Position numbers and translations under genes: made by a program. 64,000 nt of DNA from an uncultured virus (IMG/VR IMGVR_UViG_3300032291_000723) (lineage: Duplodnaviria > Heunggongvirae > Uroviricota > Caudoviricetes): the IMG/VR virus record IMGVR_UViG_3300032291_000723; one strand, written 5' to 3'. Below, in pieces: positions 45,930 to 59,300 of the stretch (its first letter is position 1; every line of letters begins with the position of its first letter). A model generated the notes under the pieces. That model was not told the origin of the DNA, did no database searches, and saw only the letters and a list, made by a program, of their open reading frames with translations.

Positions 45930-48900
45930 AAATGAACTTAGTAAATTACTAGGCCAGAGAGGCTTAGATCCACTACAGCAAACTATATATGAACAGGGAC
46001 CAAAGAATTCTTTTGTTGCCCCTGAAGTACAGAATGTATATCAAGAAGGTAAAGTATACTTCCCTTCTCCACAAGTTCAAGTAGAGAGTAGCGATGTTGC
46101 ATGGTACAAGCTCGGTGAGTTTGCTTTTGATGCAGCCTTGAAGACATTCACAAATGTTCAAGACTATCTAATTGAAACAAAGCAAAACGGTATAGTTGAT
46201 GCCAAAGATCAGGCGCAGACTGCGCTTTTTGATCTGGAGAGTAAGCTTAGCACCGAAAGCTATAACGCTGGTGCTCAGAAGAGAGAGAAGCAAGCAGCCC
46301 TTATCGAAGATATGCAAGCTGAAGCTAATCTCATTCGGCAAACATATGCTGACAAAGTAAAGAATGTTTTAGGTGATGATCATGATTTACTCCTGAATCC
46401 AAACCTAGACATGAACACTCTTGGTCTCAAGTATCAGAAGCTTGCTCTAACTAGCAGAGGAAGCGATAGAGATATTAGCCGTACAGCCAATCGAATGCTG
46501 TATCAACTTGAGCGTGTGAACAAAAACACCGAACAAGTCAATGATATGTCCAAGGCATGGATGGCTGGTGCTGGTATTACAAAAGATAATATTTCTGCAT
46601 TTCAGACAGGCCTTGCTCCTATCCCAATGAATAATGGCGTTCCTGTCATTGGAGTTGATGTGCAGCCAAATGGCTCCTTTAAAATGAAGACAGCCGTTAT
46701 TGATAATATAGAAGTTTCGTTGTTAATTAAACATGAAGGACAAGAAGGCTACTTCTTAAACTTACAAGCTATTGATGCAGCAAGTTGGGATGATCTACAG
46801 GGACTAGTATTACTAGATCAGAAGAACAGCTACTTAGCAAGTCCCGCTGCTAAGCAGTTTACCAAGACAACCGAAGATATCTTAACTAATGTAGCCAATA
46901 CTGAAGGCTCTGCTATGAGCACAGGTATGTCTGCGTATGCTGGCCAAGTCTTAGCACAGTTTCCAGACTCCATAGCAGAACGAATGATCAATGGTCTGAG
47001 TGGATTAGGTACTGATGTTATTACCAAAGAAGGTGCGCGTATGAAGCTAATGATGCTTCGTGATGCGGCTATTCAGAGGATGCCTATTGAGCAAATCAAT
47101 ACCCTCACAGCAATGTCTAACCAGTCTCTTGGCCAATCTATTGATGGTCTGCGTAAGTTACAAGCATCTAGTGGTGGTTTAATATATGGAAATATCAGAG
47201 AAACTGGAAGAATGGATGAGCTTAATTTAGAAGCTGATGCAATCTTGAAAGTAATTGCTGGTATTAATCCAGAAGAACCACTACTCAAGCAGGACTTTAA
47301 GTTCAAGCCTGATTCTACAGGTAGCGGCTTTACTACTGCTAATCCTAACAACGCTATTATATTATCTCACTTCTTGCAAAAGAATCCCGGACTAATGCCA
47401 GTCGTTGCTCGGGTAATGGCTACAGCCAAAGACAATAGCGCACTATATACAAATGCAGATGGTACTATAGATCCAGCAAAGCGTTCTGCTCTACTTGGTA
47501 AGCTTCTGCATGAACAAGTTAATTCATCTAATTATGTTAACCTAGGTGCTCAGGCCGATGGTACGCCAACCTATGTTTATAATCCCGGCTTGATGCATGT
47601 ACAACAAGGCATGTCTGAGTTAGCCAGAGACACACAAAAGACAGTCGGATGGCCTACTGCATTTAAAGATCCTAGCAAGCATCAGCAGGTCATGGCACAG
47701 ACTGCATGGTTCTCTACAGACATTGGCAGCACATCTTCCAAAGCAAAAATCATGGAGATGTCTGCAGATCAGGCTTATGAAGCTGCTCGGTCTTTCATCC
47801 CAACTGCAGATAAAGATTTATTTGTTAAGGGATGGGAAGCAATGCAAGCCGTTCAGGATGATCCTGAGTACGGCTATCGCAGTGCAAGTCTACCTCCAAT
47901 GGCTATGCTATACAGACTAGCCTTGGCTGCTACTCCTACTGTTCAGGAAAAGTCTGGTGCTTTTGCTATGTTTAGCGTAGCATCACCAGAGCAGCGAGAG
48001 CAAGCCATGAAGCGTATCATGGATGACTTCCCCCTAGAAGTTGATCCTACTACTGGTTTTATGCCCGGTATTTCCATTGACATTGACACAGGTGCTTCTA
48101 GCCTTGACTTCATTGGTGCTACCAATGGTGGCATTCCTATTGCCATTACGGGCATTAAAGGAAAGTCTGGTATTGATTATATGGACGCTACTTACTCTAT
48201 CTCAAGTAGAGTCAATGGCCGTGTAATTCCTAAAGGCAGCGATGGTATGCCATCTCTAATGATTCATGCTAGCTCAGTCAATGATAAGAACCCTGAGTTC
48301 TCTTCTAATCTGAAGAGACTGGGCAGTGCTTATCGTGGAAACTTGGATATGTCCATTGCAACCAATCAAGACATGCCAAACGGAAACAGCCTTAATATTC
48401 GATCTGAAGAAATTCAGAATGTTATTAGTGCAACTACCACTCCATACCTACCAAAGAAAGCACAGGCAATTTTTGGTAACATTCTAATTGATCAACCACT
48501 AGTTAATGCAGAGACAGCTATTGCTTCTTTAAGCCGAAATGGTGTTGCTCTGCGTGAAGTGGTTGATAGTGATCCTCAGTTGAGCAAGGTAAAGAAGTTA
48601 ATGTATGAAGTTGCAGATATCAATGGCAGAGGACCAGCTACGGTGGATAACCGTGTGCTCTTTAGCCCAGAAAATCTACAGCGTCTATATACGCAAGCAG
48701 TGGCCCGTGGAGCAAAGACACAAGGAGACTTTGTTGGCTTTGTGTTAGGAACAATGAAGACATTCCAAGAGAACAAGGCATCTCTAAAAGAGAGAGACTT
48801 TGTTGCTCAGAATCAAACCAACTCCGACACTACGCAAGACATTGTAATGCAGGGTGAAGAGCAAGGACGAATCCTTTGGAAGCCAAGCTCTCCTAGGTTC

Positions 48901-50277
48901 TTTGACTTTGTTACTGATCAAGCCCGACAAGGCAAGACAGTATACTCTGGTCCTGCTCCTGAAGATCCAGAGAACAAGACAGCATATTATGTTATGGATG
49001 CAGAGCAAGCTACTCAGCGTGGCTTGGCTGTTGCCATTGACGCTACCATGCTTCCTGATCTAGACGCCTCTCCCCGTGGTAAGTCACAGGCAAAGCGAAG
49101 ACAGATTAACGCTACTCGGGATATTCTATTCCCATCAAAACCACAAGCAGATACGATTTCTCTGACAGAGATAGGTAGACAATCAACTCTTCCCTCTAAC
49201 ATGCAGAAGCAGTTTCAGGAAGACTTCAATGCCTTTGTGGCAAAGAATGATATCGGTGATTTTGTAGACCTTCCCTTTATTGATCTATCTGGTTATTATA
49301 CCGACAACGGTAAGATGCCTGATGATATCGCAAAGGTTCCTCAGAAGTATATCCTACCCGGACACAGTTCTACCAGACCATGGGTTGATCGGCGTGAGCG
49401 CAAGGATTCTTTTGGTCGTAAAAACGAACTGGTTCAGAATGTAAAGGATACTACTAAGACAATCCAGACATCTGGGTTCTCTGATGAACAGCTGCGTCAA
49501 GCAGAGGAACAGCTAGGTTTCCCTGTTTATGTTCCCGGTAAGATAGCCAATGTTGCTATAGAAGGAACATCTTCAATACTCGGCGGTCTCTTTGGATTTG
49601 CTAAGACTGTTGACGATGCTTTGTCCAAGGGCATGACTCAGGCTGGTAATAACCTCAATGCAGATATTGAAAAGAATGCTATTGAAGTTCATAGACAGCA
49701 GACAATGGAACAATACAACAAAGATCCTTATGCGTGGTACAACAAGGTCTTTGGTGGTGATGCATTAACCGCTCTCCGTAGAAACCCACCAAACAAAAAT
49801 GAAGTTAAAGTTCCAGAAAAGTTCTTTAATTTTATTAATGCCGTGGTTGACTTTGGTGAGCCAATGGGTCCATCACCTTTCCATTACCTAGGCATTACTA
49901 CAGATCGTCAAAAGAAGTTGATTAGCACAGGCTGGTCTACGCTAGAAACAGAATATCAAATTCGCCTAAATCTTAGTAATAAGTCAGATATACTTGCTGA
50001 CATTCATGAGACTATTGATAATTTAGAACCAAATACTTTTCAACTTAGTTCCTCTGATAGCGTGGCATTTTCCAATAGCCTTTATCAAGCAACTAAAGAC
50101 ACTGACAATCCTCTTACAAAAGAAGAGGCAGAGTTCCTTGCAGCAACACCTGCATGGAGACCTGACTTAAAGAGAGCATATTTTAATCTGAGTTTATACC
50201 CAGATGGATATGTTGGTCACACTTACAAAACAACCCGTGCATCCATTGTGGATGCATTGAGAAAGTTGTTGAAGTAA
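45916..50277 (+). CDS. Large probable internal virion protein (1453 aa)
   Basis: Long ORF in gp15-like position; no recognisable catalytic motif. Confidence 0.65.
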   Translation: MAEVKNELSKLLGQRGLDPLQQTIYEQGPKNSFVAPEVQNVYQEGKVYFPSPQVQVESSDVAWYKLGEFAFDAALKTFTNVQDYLIETKQNGIVDAKDQAQTALFDLESKLSTESYNAGAQKREKQAALIEDMQAEANLIRQTYADKVKNVLGDDHDLLLNPNLDMNTLGLKYQKLALTSRGSDRDISRTANRMLYQLERVNKNTEQVNDMSKAWMAGAGITKDNISAFQTGLAPIPMNNGVPVIGVDVQPNGSFKMKTAVIDNIEVSLLIKHEGQEGYFLNLQAIDAASWDDLQGLVLLDQKNSYLASPAAKQFTKTTEDILTNVANTEGSAMSTGMSAYAGQVLAQFPDSIAERMINGLSGLGTDVITKEGARMKLMMLRDAAIQRMPIEQINTLTAMSNQSLGQSIDGLRKLQASSGGLIYGNIRETGRMDELNLEADAILKVIAGINPEEPLLKQDFKFKPDSTGSGFTTANPNNAIILSHFLQKNPGLMPVVARVMATAKDNSALYTNADGTIDPAKRSALLGKLLHEQVNSSNYVNLGAQADGTPTYVYNPGLMHVQQGMSELARDTQKTVGWPTAFKDPSKHQQVMAQTAWFSTDIGSTSSKAKIMEMSADQAYEAARSFIPTADKDLFVKGWEAMQAVQDDPEYGYRSASLPPMAMLYRLALAATPTVQEKSGAFAMFSVASPEQREQAMKRIMDDFPLEVDPTTGFMPGISIDIDTGASSLDFIGATNGGIPIAITGIKGKSGIDYMDATYSISSRVNGRVIPKGSDGMPSLMIHASSVNDKNPEFSSNLKRLGSAYRGNLDMSIATNQDMPNGNSLNIRSEEIQNVISATTTPYLPKKAQAIFGNILIDQPLVNAETAIASLSRNGVALREVVDSDPQLSKVKKLMYEVADINGRGPATVDNRVLFSPENLQRLYTQAVARGAKTQGDFVGFVLGTMKTFQENKASLKERDFVAQNQTNSDTTQDIVMQGEEQGRILWKPSSPRFFDFVTDQARQGKTVYSGPAPEDPENKTAYYVMDAEQATQRGLAVAIDATMLPDLDASPRGKSQAKRRQINATRDILFPSKPQADTISLTEIGRQSTLPSNMQKQFQEDFNAFVAKNDIGDFVDLPFIDLSGYYTDNGKMPDDIAKVPQKYILPGHSSTRPWVDRRERKDSFGRKNELVQNVKDTTKTIQTSGFSDEQLRQAEEQLGFPVYVPGKIANVAIEGTSSILGGLFGFAKTVDDALSKGMTQAGNNLNADIEKNAIEVHRQQTMEQYNKDPYAWYNKVFGGDALTALRRNPPNKNEVKVPEKFFNFINAVVDFGEPMGPSPFHYLGITTDRQKKLISTGWSTLETEYQIRLNLSNKSDILADIHETIDNLEPNTFQLSSSDSVAFSNSLYQATKDTDNPLTKEEAEFLAATPAWRPDLKRAYFNLSLYPDGYVGHTYKTTRASIVDALRKLLK

Positions 50278-50314
50278 TCCTATTTATGGCGCATTGCTCC
50301 CAGAAAGGGTAATA

Positions 50315-53300
50315 ATGTTTGATTTTGCACAAGGCTTTCCAAGCCAACCTTCGCTGCCTACTTCCGGGCCGCTGAACTACCAAGCCGAAAAGTCAATCCA
50401 AGTTCGTGGATTTGGCGAGATGGGGTGGAACCCAGTAAACATGGTTGGCGGTATGCTCAACCAAGTAGTCGGTGATGATTATGTTCGCGTTCTTGATGCC
50501 TCTGGCCTACGCGATGGAATTAACTGGACCCATGGTGAACTTCGCAAGGTAGCGGATAACCGTGAGTATGGAAATCTTGAATACTTCATTAATACCCTTA
50601 ACGGTGGTAAGCAAAACGATGCAGCAGTTGGCTTGGGATGGGCCTTAGAATCCTCCCAAGCCATGCTGCTTCGTCAGATTCTAGGTAATAAGCCACTAGA
50701 GCCAGTGATGTTTGCTCCTAGTGAAATTACTCCAGAGATCATGGCCGCTGAAGAACAGGAACTAAAAGGACTATTATCGACTGATGGTGTCTCAGAAGAG
50801 AACCAGAAGCGAGTACAAGAAATTTCAAACAAGAAAGCTTATGTCGAATCAAAGACACAAGCTGACAAGAACCTAGGCTTTAACTGGTGGGATTGGTATA
50901 AGCAAACCAATGTGTTTAATGCTGCTTCCACCTTGGGAGTCAATGTTCTTGGTGATAAGGATATTATTGATACACTTACTGAGTATGATCCAAACTTTAA
51001 GTCAAACGATTGGTTTGATAATTTTGCTGCTGATCCAATTGTTAAGCAGGGTTTACTAGAAAACGGGATCACTGCAGATATTGTAGCTGAGTCACCAAAT
51101 GCTGACCATGCTTTTATGCGTATTAGCCATATAATGTATGAGTCCAATACCCAAAAGAGAATGGGTACCTATAAGCCAACTAATTATGACTTTGTAAAGA
51201 ACATGGGTTCAGGCTTAGTTAGTTTTATGGTGGATACCCCAACAGGTGCTACTATTATAACAGGAGCGGCTGTTACTACTGCAGCGTCAATTTTTAGCCC
51301 TGCTAACTTTGCTGCTGTAGGAGCCACTGCTTTAGGTGAAGCTGCTGTACTGGGAGAAAGCGCTGTTGCCACAAGCAGCACCATGACCTTCCTTAATGGA
51401 GCAAAGACACTAGGCGAAACTCTCTATAAGCTCCCACTTGGTATGGCTCCTCAGTGGATGGAAGGTACTACCCTTTTATCAATGACTGCAGCTAACATAG
51501 CTTCCGGTGCTATTCAAGGAACAATCGGTTCTTACAATCAACAAGCCAATGAGATTTCCTTTGGTGCTGCTACCATGTATGTCAATCCCTCTGTTCGTAG
51601 AGAGATGGATTATGGTGAGGTAGCAATAGAAGCACTGTATTCCGGTGTGATGATGGGTGGTCTATTTGGTTTGGGTGGTGGTCTTTTACGCTCTGTAAAA
51701 GGCATGACTGATAACGGACTAAAGGGACTAATCATTGATCCAGTAACAGGCAAGCGCAATAGACTAGACCGTAGCTTTACTTTCCAAGATACGCCACTAG
51801 GTAATACACTCCAGATGCTTCATATCAAGGACTACGAAAGAAGTCTCATTGACCTGAAGCCAGTTGATGTTGTGCGTAATGAAGCCATTATTGAGAAGAC
51901 TGATCCCACTCCAGATCGCCTTGCTGCCGAGACAGAAGGCTACGCTGATAGAGCCGAGGCCAGAGAAGCGCTTAAGAATCCCGAGGCAGCAGAGGCTACC
52001 CCAGAGGATGTGGGCACTCGTAAGTATGAATCCGAAACAACAGAACAATATATTAATCGTGTGGCCCCAAGCCGCACTATCCGTAACCTACCTGAGCTGG
52101 TGACTGAGGTTGCCAGAAGAACACAGGTAGAAGGTGGGCGTATGATTTCTTCCACAGAAGAGTATCATCAAATGACCCCACAGGATCAAGCAAGAACGCT
52201 GATCCGCACACAGGCTGTTCTTGAAGCGGCTAAGAGGGCCGAAGAGAAGGCTGTGGGTCTACCCAAGGAACGAGAGCGTGTCTTTGAGCAGTTAGAAGCT
52301 TCCCGCAAAGAAGCCTTACGCCGCATTGGCAAGACTCTTACTCCAATTGAATTCAAGAGACTGAAGGCAGAACTTAAGGGCGATAAGCCCAAAGTAAAGG
52401 GCAGTCTGCCTGAGCTGCTTACTGTAGCCAATGACAAAGCAAAGCCAATCGCAGAACGAAAGGCTAATGCTGAAGAAGCCGCAGGACAAATCCTAGAGAC
52501 AGCCCGTGCAGTTATTAAGAATCCTGATAAGGCTAAGGTAATCAAGTCAAAGGTTCCACAAGAAATTCTTGACAAGGTTGATGCTGTTGTTGTAGAAGAA
52601 GCTCTCACTGGTAGAGTCTCAGCAGAAACAGCAGAGGAAGTTAAGAGAAGTCTTTTAGCAGCCGAAGAACCTTTTACCTCTAGCCTTACCAAGCGTATTG
52701 AGCGAGCAGTAAAAGTCAATAGACTCTCTCCTGATCGCGTCGCTAGAATCAATGCAATCAAAGAAGACCACACTCGTTTTGTGTCTCTAGTTAAGGGAAA
52801 CAAGATGCGAGCACTGGCGCTGTACAACCACATCCACGAAGGCGTAGTTACTGGTGTACTTACTGCAGAAGATCGTGTTCTTATCTTAGCTTCCGTATCA
52901 CACCTTAACTTTGATCTTAAGGGTTTTGCGATGGAGTATGCATATAAGAACATGGACGATGTTAATGTTGCAGGTGAATACAATGCCAAAACAAGAGTAC
53001 TCACACTAAACACTAAGTCTACACCATCCAATAGAGCACATACAGTTCTCCATGAGATTGGACATGCTCTCTTCTCAAACGACATGCGTGGTGAAGTATA
53101 TCTTGAGAATCTCAAGCTGTACAACAGCATGCGCGAAGGTACTCCTCTTTCCAGTAAGGGTATTCAATTAATTGATCCTCTTACAGAAAACCTAGGCAAG
53201 TACCATCTTCAGAATGTTGAAGAGTCATTTGTTCAATTGTTCTCCAATGTAGTACTGGCAGAGACAGCACAGGTAATGACACCTGTGGAATCCACAATGG

Positions 53301-56300
53301 TCCGTAAGACTCTTGCTTTCATTGAGAAGGCAATCCTTAATGCAACCATTGCTCTGGATGAATCCAAGTATTACGAAAGAGCCAACGCTGTAATTAAGGC
53401 ACTGACTGAAGTTGACAACAAGGTCATTCGCCAGAGCGTATCTGTGTCTAGCCTTCTCCGCGCTATTGCAAAGGCAGAAGAAGCAAGACCAAAGAATGTT
53501 GCTCAGTTTAACTATGAGATTGCAAAGAGTCTGGGTGCTCGGCATCCAGAAGTTGATAAGGCTGTAATTAGAGAAACTTTTACTGATGCTGAATATAAGA
53601 TGTTGTTCAAGCAGGTAAACGATCCTACCTCACTAGCAGCTTTTGCTATTACCCGAGAAAGCGGTAAGCCAATCGTTGATGAAGCAGGACGCTTCACTGT
53701 ACATGCTCCTAAGTTCTTTGAGGCTTACTCAGAGTACAAGAAGGCGCAGTACAACTCAGCTGCAACCCGCGTTGCATACATGCTACGATCAATGTCTTAC
53801 AAGCTTCTAACTGGTATGACAAAAGAAGAACGAGAGAACTTCTTTACTTATGAAATGTTTGATATTAATGCTAAGCAAGAAAAGGGATCACCTTATGAGA
53901 AGTCTTTAAATGACAATCTATCGGCTACCTATGAGGACAACCACCTTGCCAGCATGAATCTTAATGGTGGTAACTATGCTACCGACTACCTAATGACTAC
54001 AGCTGAATCCTTTGTGGAACTGCTGCAAGAAGATGGTATGAGTGATATTGCTCCATCGGCTATGACACTATCAGCCGCAGCGCGTGAAGCTCTTATCAGC
54101 CGCATTCAGGAAGATCCATATCTATCAAAGCCAATCATGGAACAACTCCGTGAGCATTTTGATAAGGCTGGTCTTACAAAGTATTATCAGCGCGCCTTTG
54201 ATACAATGCAGAAGAATCTAATCCTTCGCATGTATGAAGAAGGTGTGTTCAGCATGAATGACCTAAAGCTTGTCTGGGATACGCCAGAGTTCAAGCAGTA
54301 CTTTGGGAATAGTAAGGTAGTGGATAAAGATGGTAATCCATTGATTATGTATCATGGTACTGCTGCTAATAATGGATTTGTAATTTTTAGAACAAAAGAC
54401 GGTGATTTTGGGTTATTTGGTAAGGGTGGTTATTTCACTAGTAATCCTAAAATTGCTAGTGAATATGCCGGAGTAAGGAATGGAGCAGCTAGAAGAGGCT
54501 ATGAAGAACCGGGTTCTGTATATCCTGTTTACTTAAGCATTCAAAATCCTCTGGATATGGATGCTAAAGTAGTACTTATAGGCGAAAGAACAGATGCTAC
54601 TTTTATTCCTGCATTAAAAAAGTTTAAACCAAATGAATCACAAAATGAAACTGTAAAACTCTATTTTGATTTAGCTACAGAAGAAGGTAGAGCTCGTTTA
54701 GAAGAGTACAATGCAATAGTTGAATCTGCTCAAGAATATTTAAAAAATCGTACAGAATCAGAAGTAACTAACGAAGAGTTCTTTAGGTATATATTAGATG
54801 CATTTGAGCATTACATTGAAGATGGTTCTGAATTTGTACATGAGTTAACAGATGATATTTTAAGAGCCACAAGTCATGACGGAATTACTCATATGGGTGG
54901 AGGCAGAGTTAGAGCCGATGGTCCACGCCATCGGGTATACATTGCTTTTGAACCTGAGCAAATCAAGTCTATCTGGAATGATGGTACTTTTAGTCGCACT
55001 AATCCAGACATCCGTAGAAGCATTAATCCAGAAGTATCTAAGAAGCGTGAGATGATTGGTGTTCTTCAGAAATTTATTGGTGATAAGAATACTTTTAATG
55101 CCATGCCACTTGAGCATCTACTCCGTAATGTAATGGGTTTAGAAGAAACTCTAGTTGTCAAGTATATGAACCTAGGCAAGTCTAATCCTTTTAAGGCTCT
55201 TCAGGCTCTGCAGATTGCAGTTAGTAAAGACCTAATTGAACATGATGGTGCTAACTGGATTCTAAAGGTACAACAAGTTGTACCTAATGAACCTGTCCAA
55301 CCTAAGATGCTTTCTCCTAAAAAGGTAGCTATGGTTGAAACAAAAGCTAAGCTTGTTACTGCAAAGACACTAGATGCGGAGCTTATGAGATATGTTGAAG
55401 ATAATAAGAGTGTTTCAAAAGAAATAACAAGCGAAGCTTTACAAGAAGCTTTAGTTAATTTCTTTGATATTAATTCTCCTGAAAGAGCAGCCTTGTTAGC
55501 CCAAGTTGAAGACGGCATGACAAGCCAACAACTTGGTTATTATATAAGACGCACTGTAAAGAATAATATAATTAAAGAACAACGCGATCAAAATAAAAAC
55601 CAAGGTGATGTTAAAAACGCTGAGCAAACTTCTAAGAAAAATAAAAAAAGTGAAGCTATTGATACTACAAAGCAACGGCAGTTAAATGCTAATGCTTATA
55701 AAGTAATGCAGGATATTCATGATCTTTTCCTAAAGAAAACTGAATCTTCTTTGTTTACTGATACTCAGATGCAAACTTTGCGAGTACTTACTATAAATAG
55801 AACAGTAAAGCTTGCAGATGGTAAAGAAGAATTAGCACCACCAACATTAGACGAAGCAGCTAAGCTTCTTGGTCTTAGTGGTAAGTCTGGTGTTTCTGAG
55901 CGCATTAAGTCAATGCAAAAGCGTCTTCAAAAGAAATTAGGACTTACTGATGAAACTGCTAGTATGCTGTTTGATCCTAATACTAAACTCACCAATAAAT
56001 TAAAAACAGAGGTGATGTCTAATATTGAAGAAGCAATGGAAAAGCTTAATGCGGCTGAAAAAGAAAAGCCTGCAGCTGTTAAAAAAGAATCTAAGGTTGA
56101 GCTAGAGCCAGCACTACCTCCTGCAGAAAAGCTAGTAGAAACAGGAAATCAAATCTTAGACACAATAAACCAAACAGCCAAGATGGAACAGAATGCTGAT
56201 CCAGTTGCTGTACCTAAGACTGAAGAACCCACAGGACACGCTACAGTAGATACTGGAGCTGAAGCACCAAAGGAAACTCCTAAGTTGGTACACACAGAAC

Positions 56301-59300
56301 CAGTGGCCGATGCTGTTGCCAGTGGTGAAACCAACATGACTAAGACAGCGGTACAGCTGGATATCAAGAAGTCATTCTCAATGAAGGGTGTATTCACCCA
56401 AGCATCGGATGCTCTTGATCGTCTCTTCAATGCACTGGCAATTGAATATCCTGATGAGGTCGTTAGCCTTAAGACGGTTAAGGATCAGCATGCCTTTGTA
56501 GTTAAGCTACTGAAGGAAAAGGGATATGACTCTGTTATTGATGAGCGTGGTAATGTTGTTCCTCTCAAGGAACCCAAGGTAATTGGTAAGACCAAGAAGC
56601 GAATCTCCAAGGAAGTTGCGGAGAAGCAGCAAGATCCTACCGTTGTTACTAAGGACGAAACAACATTCTCTACCGAAGACGGAGTTCCTGTGGCTACTAC
56701 AGAGACTGTGGTGGAAACACCCAAGGCTCCTGTGGGACCAGTTGAAACTCCTGCTGGAGATCGTACTGTTGTTCCTACTCCTACTAAGACTGTGAGTGAT
56801 GTTGCAAAGCTACCTGAAGCAGAGACTTTAGAGCGTAAGGTAAACGAAGATCCAAAGCTACTCCGTAATAACGGTATGGATCGTAGTTTCCTAAAGCTCT
56901 TTACTAAGGCTTATTGGAAGTCCAAAGTTGAAGCCAGTGCCAATGATCGTGCTATTGCTAAGATGGCCGAGGAATCTAATGGCGGCGCTAATGCAGCCAA
57001 TACTATGATGGCAAGAGCTTTCTTCAGTGGTACCAATTCAGTTAGTCACTCAATCACTGAGAAGTTTAAGACTGCATGGGGTGACTTTGTTCAGGTCAAT
57101 CAGTTCATTGCTGAAGCAAATAAAAGAATGTTTGGCGAAGATATCATGGAACGCTTCTGGAAGAAGGTCGATGAGATTAACGCCGTAGATAGAATTAGAC
57201 CAAAGGCTGCTGAAGGTCCAGCAGGAATTAAACCTTTGACATATAGAGAAGTTCTTGACAAGGCTGCTGAGGCCATGAACGAAGAAGGCAAACCAGCCTT
57301 TGTTCGTCCATTGCTTCCAGATGAGGTTAAGTTTGTCAAGGCCGATGAAGCTGGAAATGTTCGTCTATCCGGTAAGAACAAGCAGACCCGTGCCATTATT
57401 GATGCGGCTCTGACTGAAGCTGAAAAGGTAGAACCACCTAAAGTTGAAAGGGTATTAGATGCCGAAGGAAAGGTAGTACCAGAAGATACAACCCCAGCAA
57501 AGCCTGAGGAACCTACTCCACCTACAACCGAAGATCAAATGATTGACGCTGCGGTAGATGGTAGCGAATCAGCAACCTCCAGACCATGGAGACTAAATAA
57601 CTTTGTTGGGCATCTGTTTGGTGGCGACAACACTGCTAATGCTACATGGTGGCGTAAGCAGATGGCTAAGCTTGCCAATGCAACCCAGAGTTCATCACAG
57701 CTTGGAAACACAATCCGAAGCTTTAATGATTCAATTGCATTTATTTCCCGATGGGCTGACGATACCCGAGCACAGACAGGACATGTCGTGGGTGTAGGCA
57801 AGACTCCTTTCAAGACCATGTTGCAAATCAAGATGGACGAAGGAAGAGTCATTACCCGAATCCTACGAGCATACTCTGACTTTGATACCACCCTAAGAGG
57901 TGCTAACAAGCGAGCTGTGCAATCCTATATCTACGACTGTTTGCGTAAGGGTGAGCAACCAAACAAAGCTGAGATGGTCAAGCTAGGTGTTGGTGTGCAT
58001 AATGCTGAAGCAGCAGTAAAGAAGGCGGGTTACTTACTGGAAATCTCCAGAGCAATCAATGACAAGATCCTCTACATGGAAAATACCACAGGTAGACTGG
58101 TCACCACTGATAAGCACGGCATGCCTCTTGATCCCAAGAAGTATGCCCCTGTTCAGTTTGATCACGAAGCTCTGATGCGTATTGCACCCGGAGAGCACTC
58201 AAAGATTATTGATGCTATGGTGATTGCCCGTACTGCAACTAAGTTAAACGATCCACGCCTTGACAAAAACACAATGATTGTCATGGGTTGGATTGATGTT
58301 AAGTATAATAAAGAAACTGGTGGATACGAGTTCTTCTCTAAGGAACGCCAACTAAAGCATTCCGAAGGCGCCAATATGTTCGGTAATGATACCCTAGCCA
58401 AGCTGCAAGTCAGCAAGATTGCCAAAGAAGGCACAGGCGGTGACAAGGGTATTCTTAAGAACCTACTGCGTAAGGGAGATCCAAATAAATATTTCATCCT
58501 TGAATCAGATACAGAGTACACTGTATACCGTCTGCCTGAGGTTCTTGAAGACCTAGGCAATGCCGACAAGGCAAAGTATACAGAAGCTGTAAAGGGTAAC
58601 ACTGCTCATTACACCATTGATTGGCGTGAGCGTCTTGGTAACAAGAACCTGATTCAGCGAGAGATGGAAGAGATGTTTGCCTACAAGACCAAGAAGGCTC
58701 CTTATACGGATGACAGCTATGGTCTTGTTCGATCCATGTTTAAGATTGATGAGAATGGTCGAAGTGGTATTACAGTACCCGGCCTTACTCCCGAAGAGAT
58801 GTTATCTGACCCAATGCTGGCCAAGCTATTGAGAACCAATCTGGCTGAAGCATACTTCCACTGGGTAAAGGGAAGATACTTTGATTTGAGCTTCCAACAG
58901 GAACTAGACAGAGTAATGGGAACCAAAGGCATCACTTGGGATAAGGTTACTAGCAGAGTTGCTAAAAGAGCACAAGATGATATTTCTAAGATTGCAGTAG
59001 ATAGTGGGTGGACCAGTAAGCAACTAGATAGTGCACATCAAGATATCAACAATGGTATCAAGAGACTGCAGGAAGAGTTCCGAGCTGGTGCTGAAACCCT
59101 ACCCTTCTTTGCAAACAAGGGACCACTAGGTTCAAGAGCTGCTAATGCTGCTATTCGATTCAAGTTCTCTGTTGGCTATGGTGTATCACAATTTACAGAA
59201 ATTCTTCAGGAACTTGTTAAGCACTCCCCAGAGTTCTATACAATGCCAAAGAATATCTTTGAAGCACTGCGCTATGTGGTTGGTGATTATAGAATCTCCA

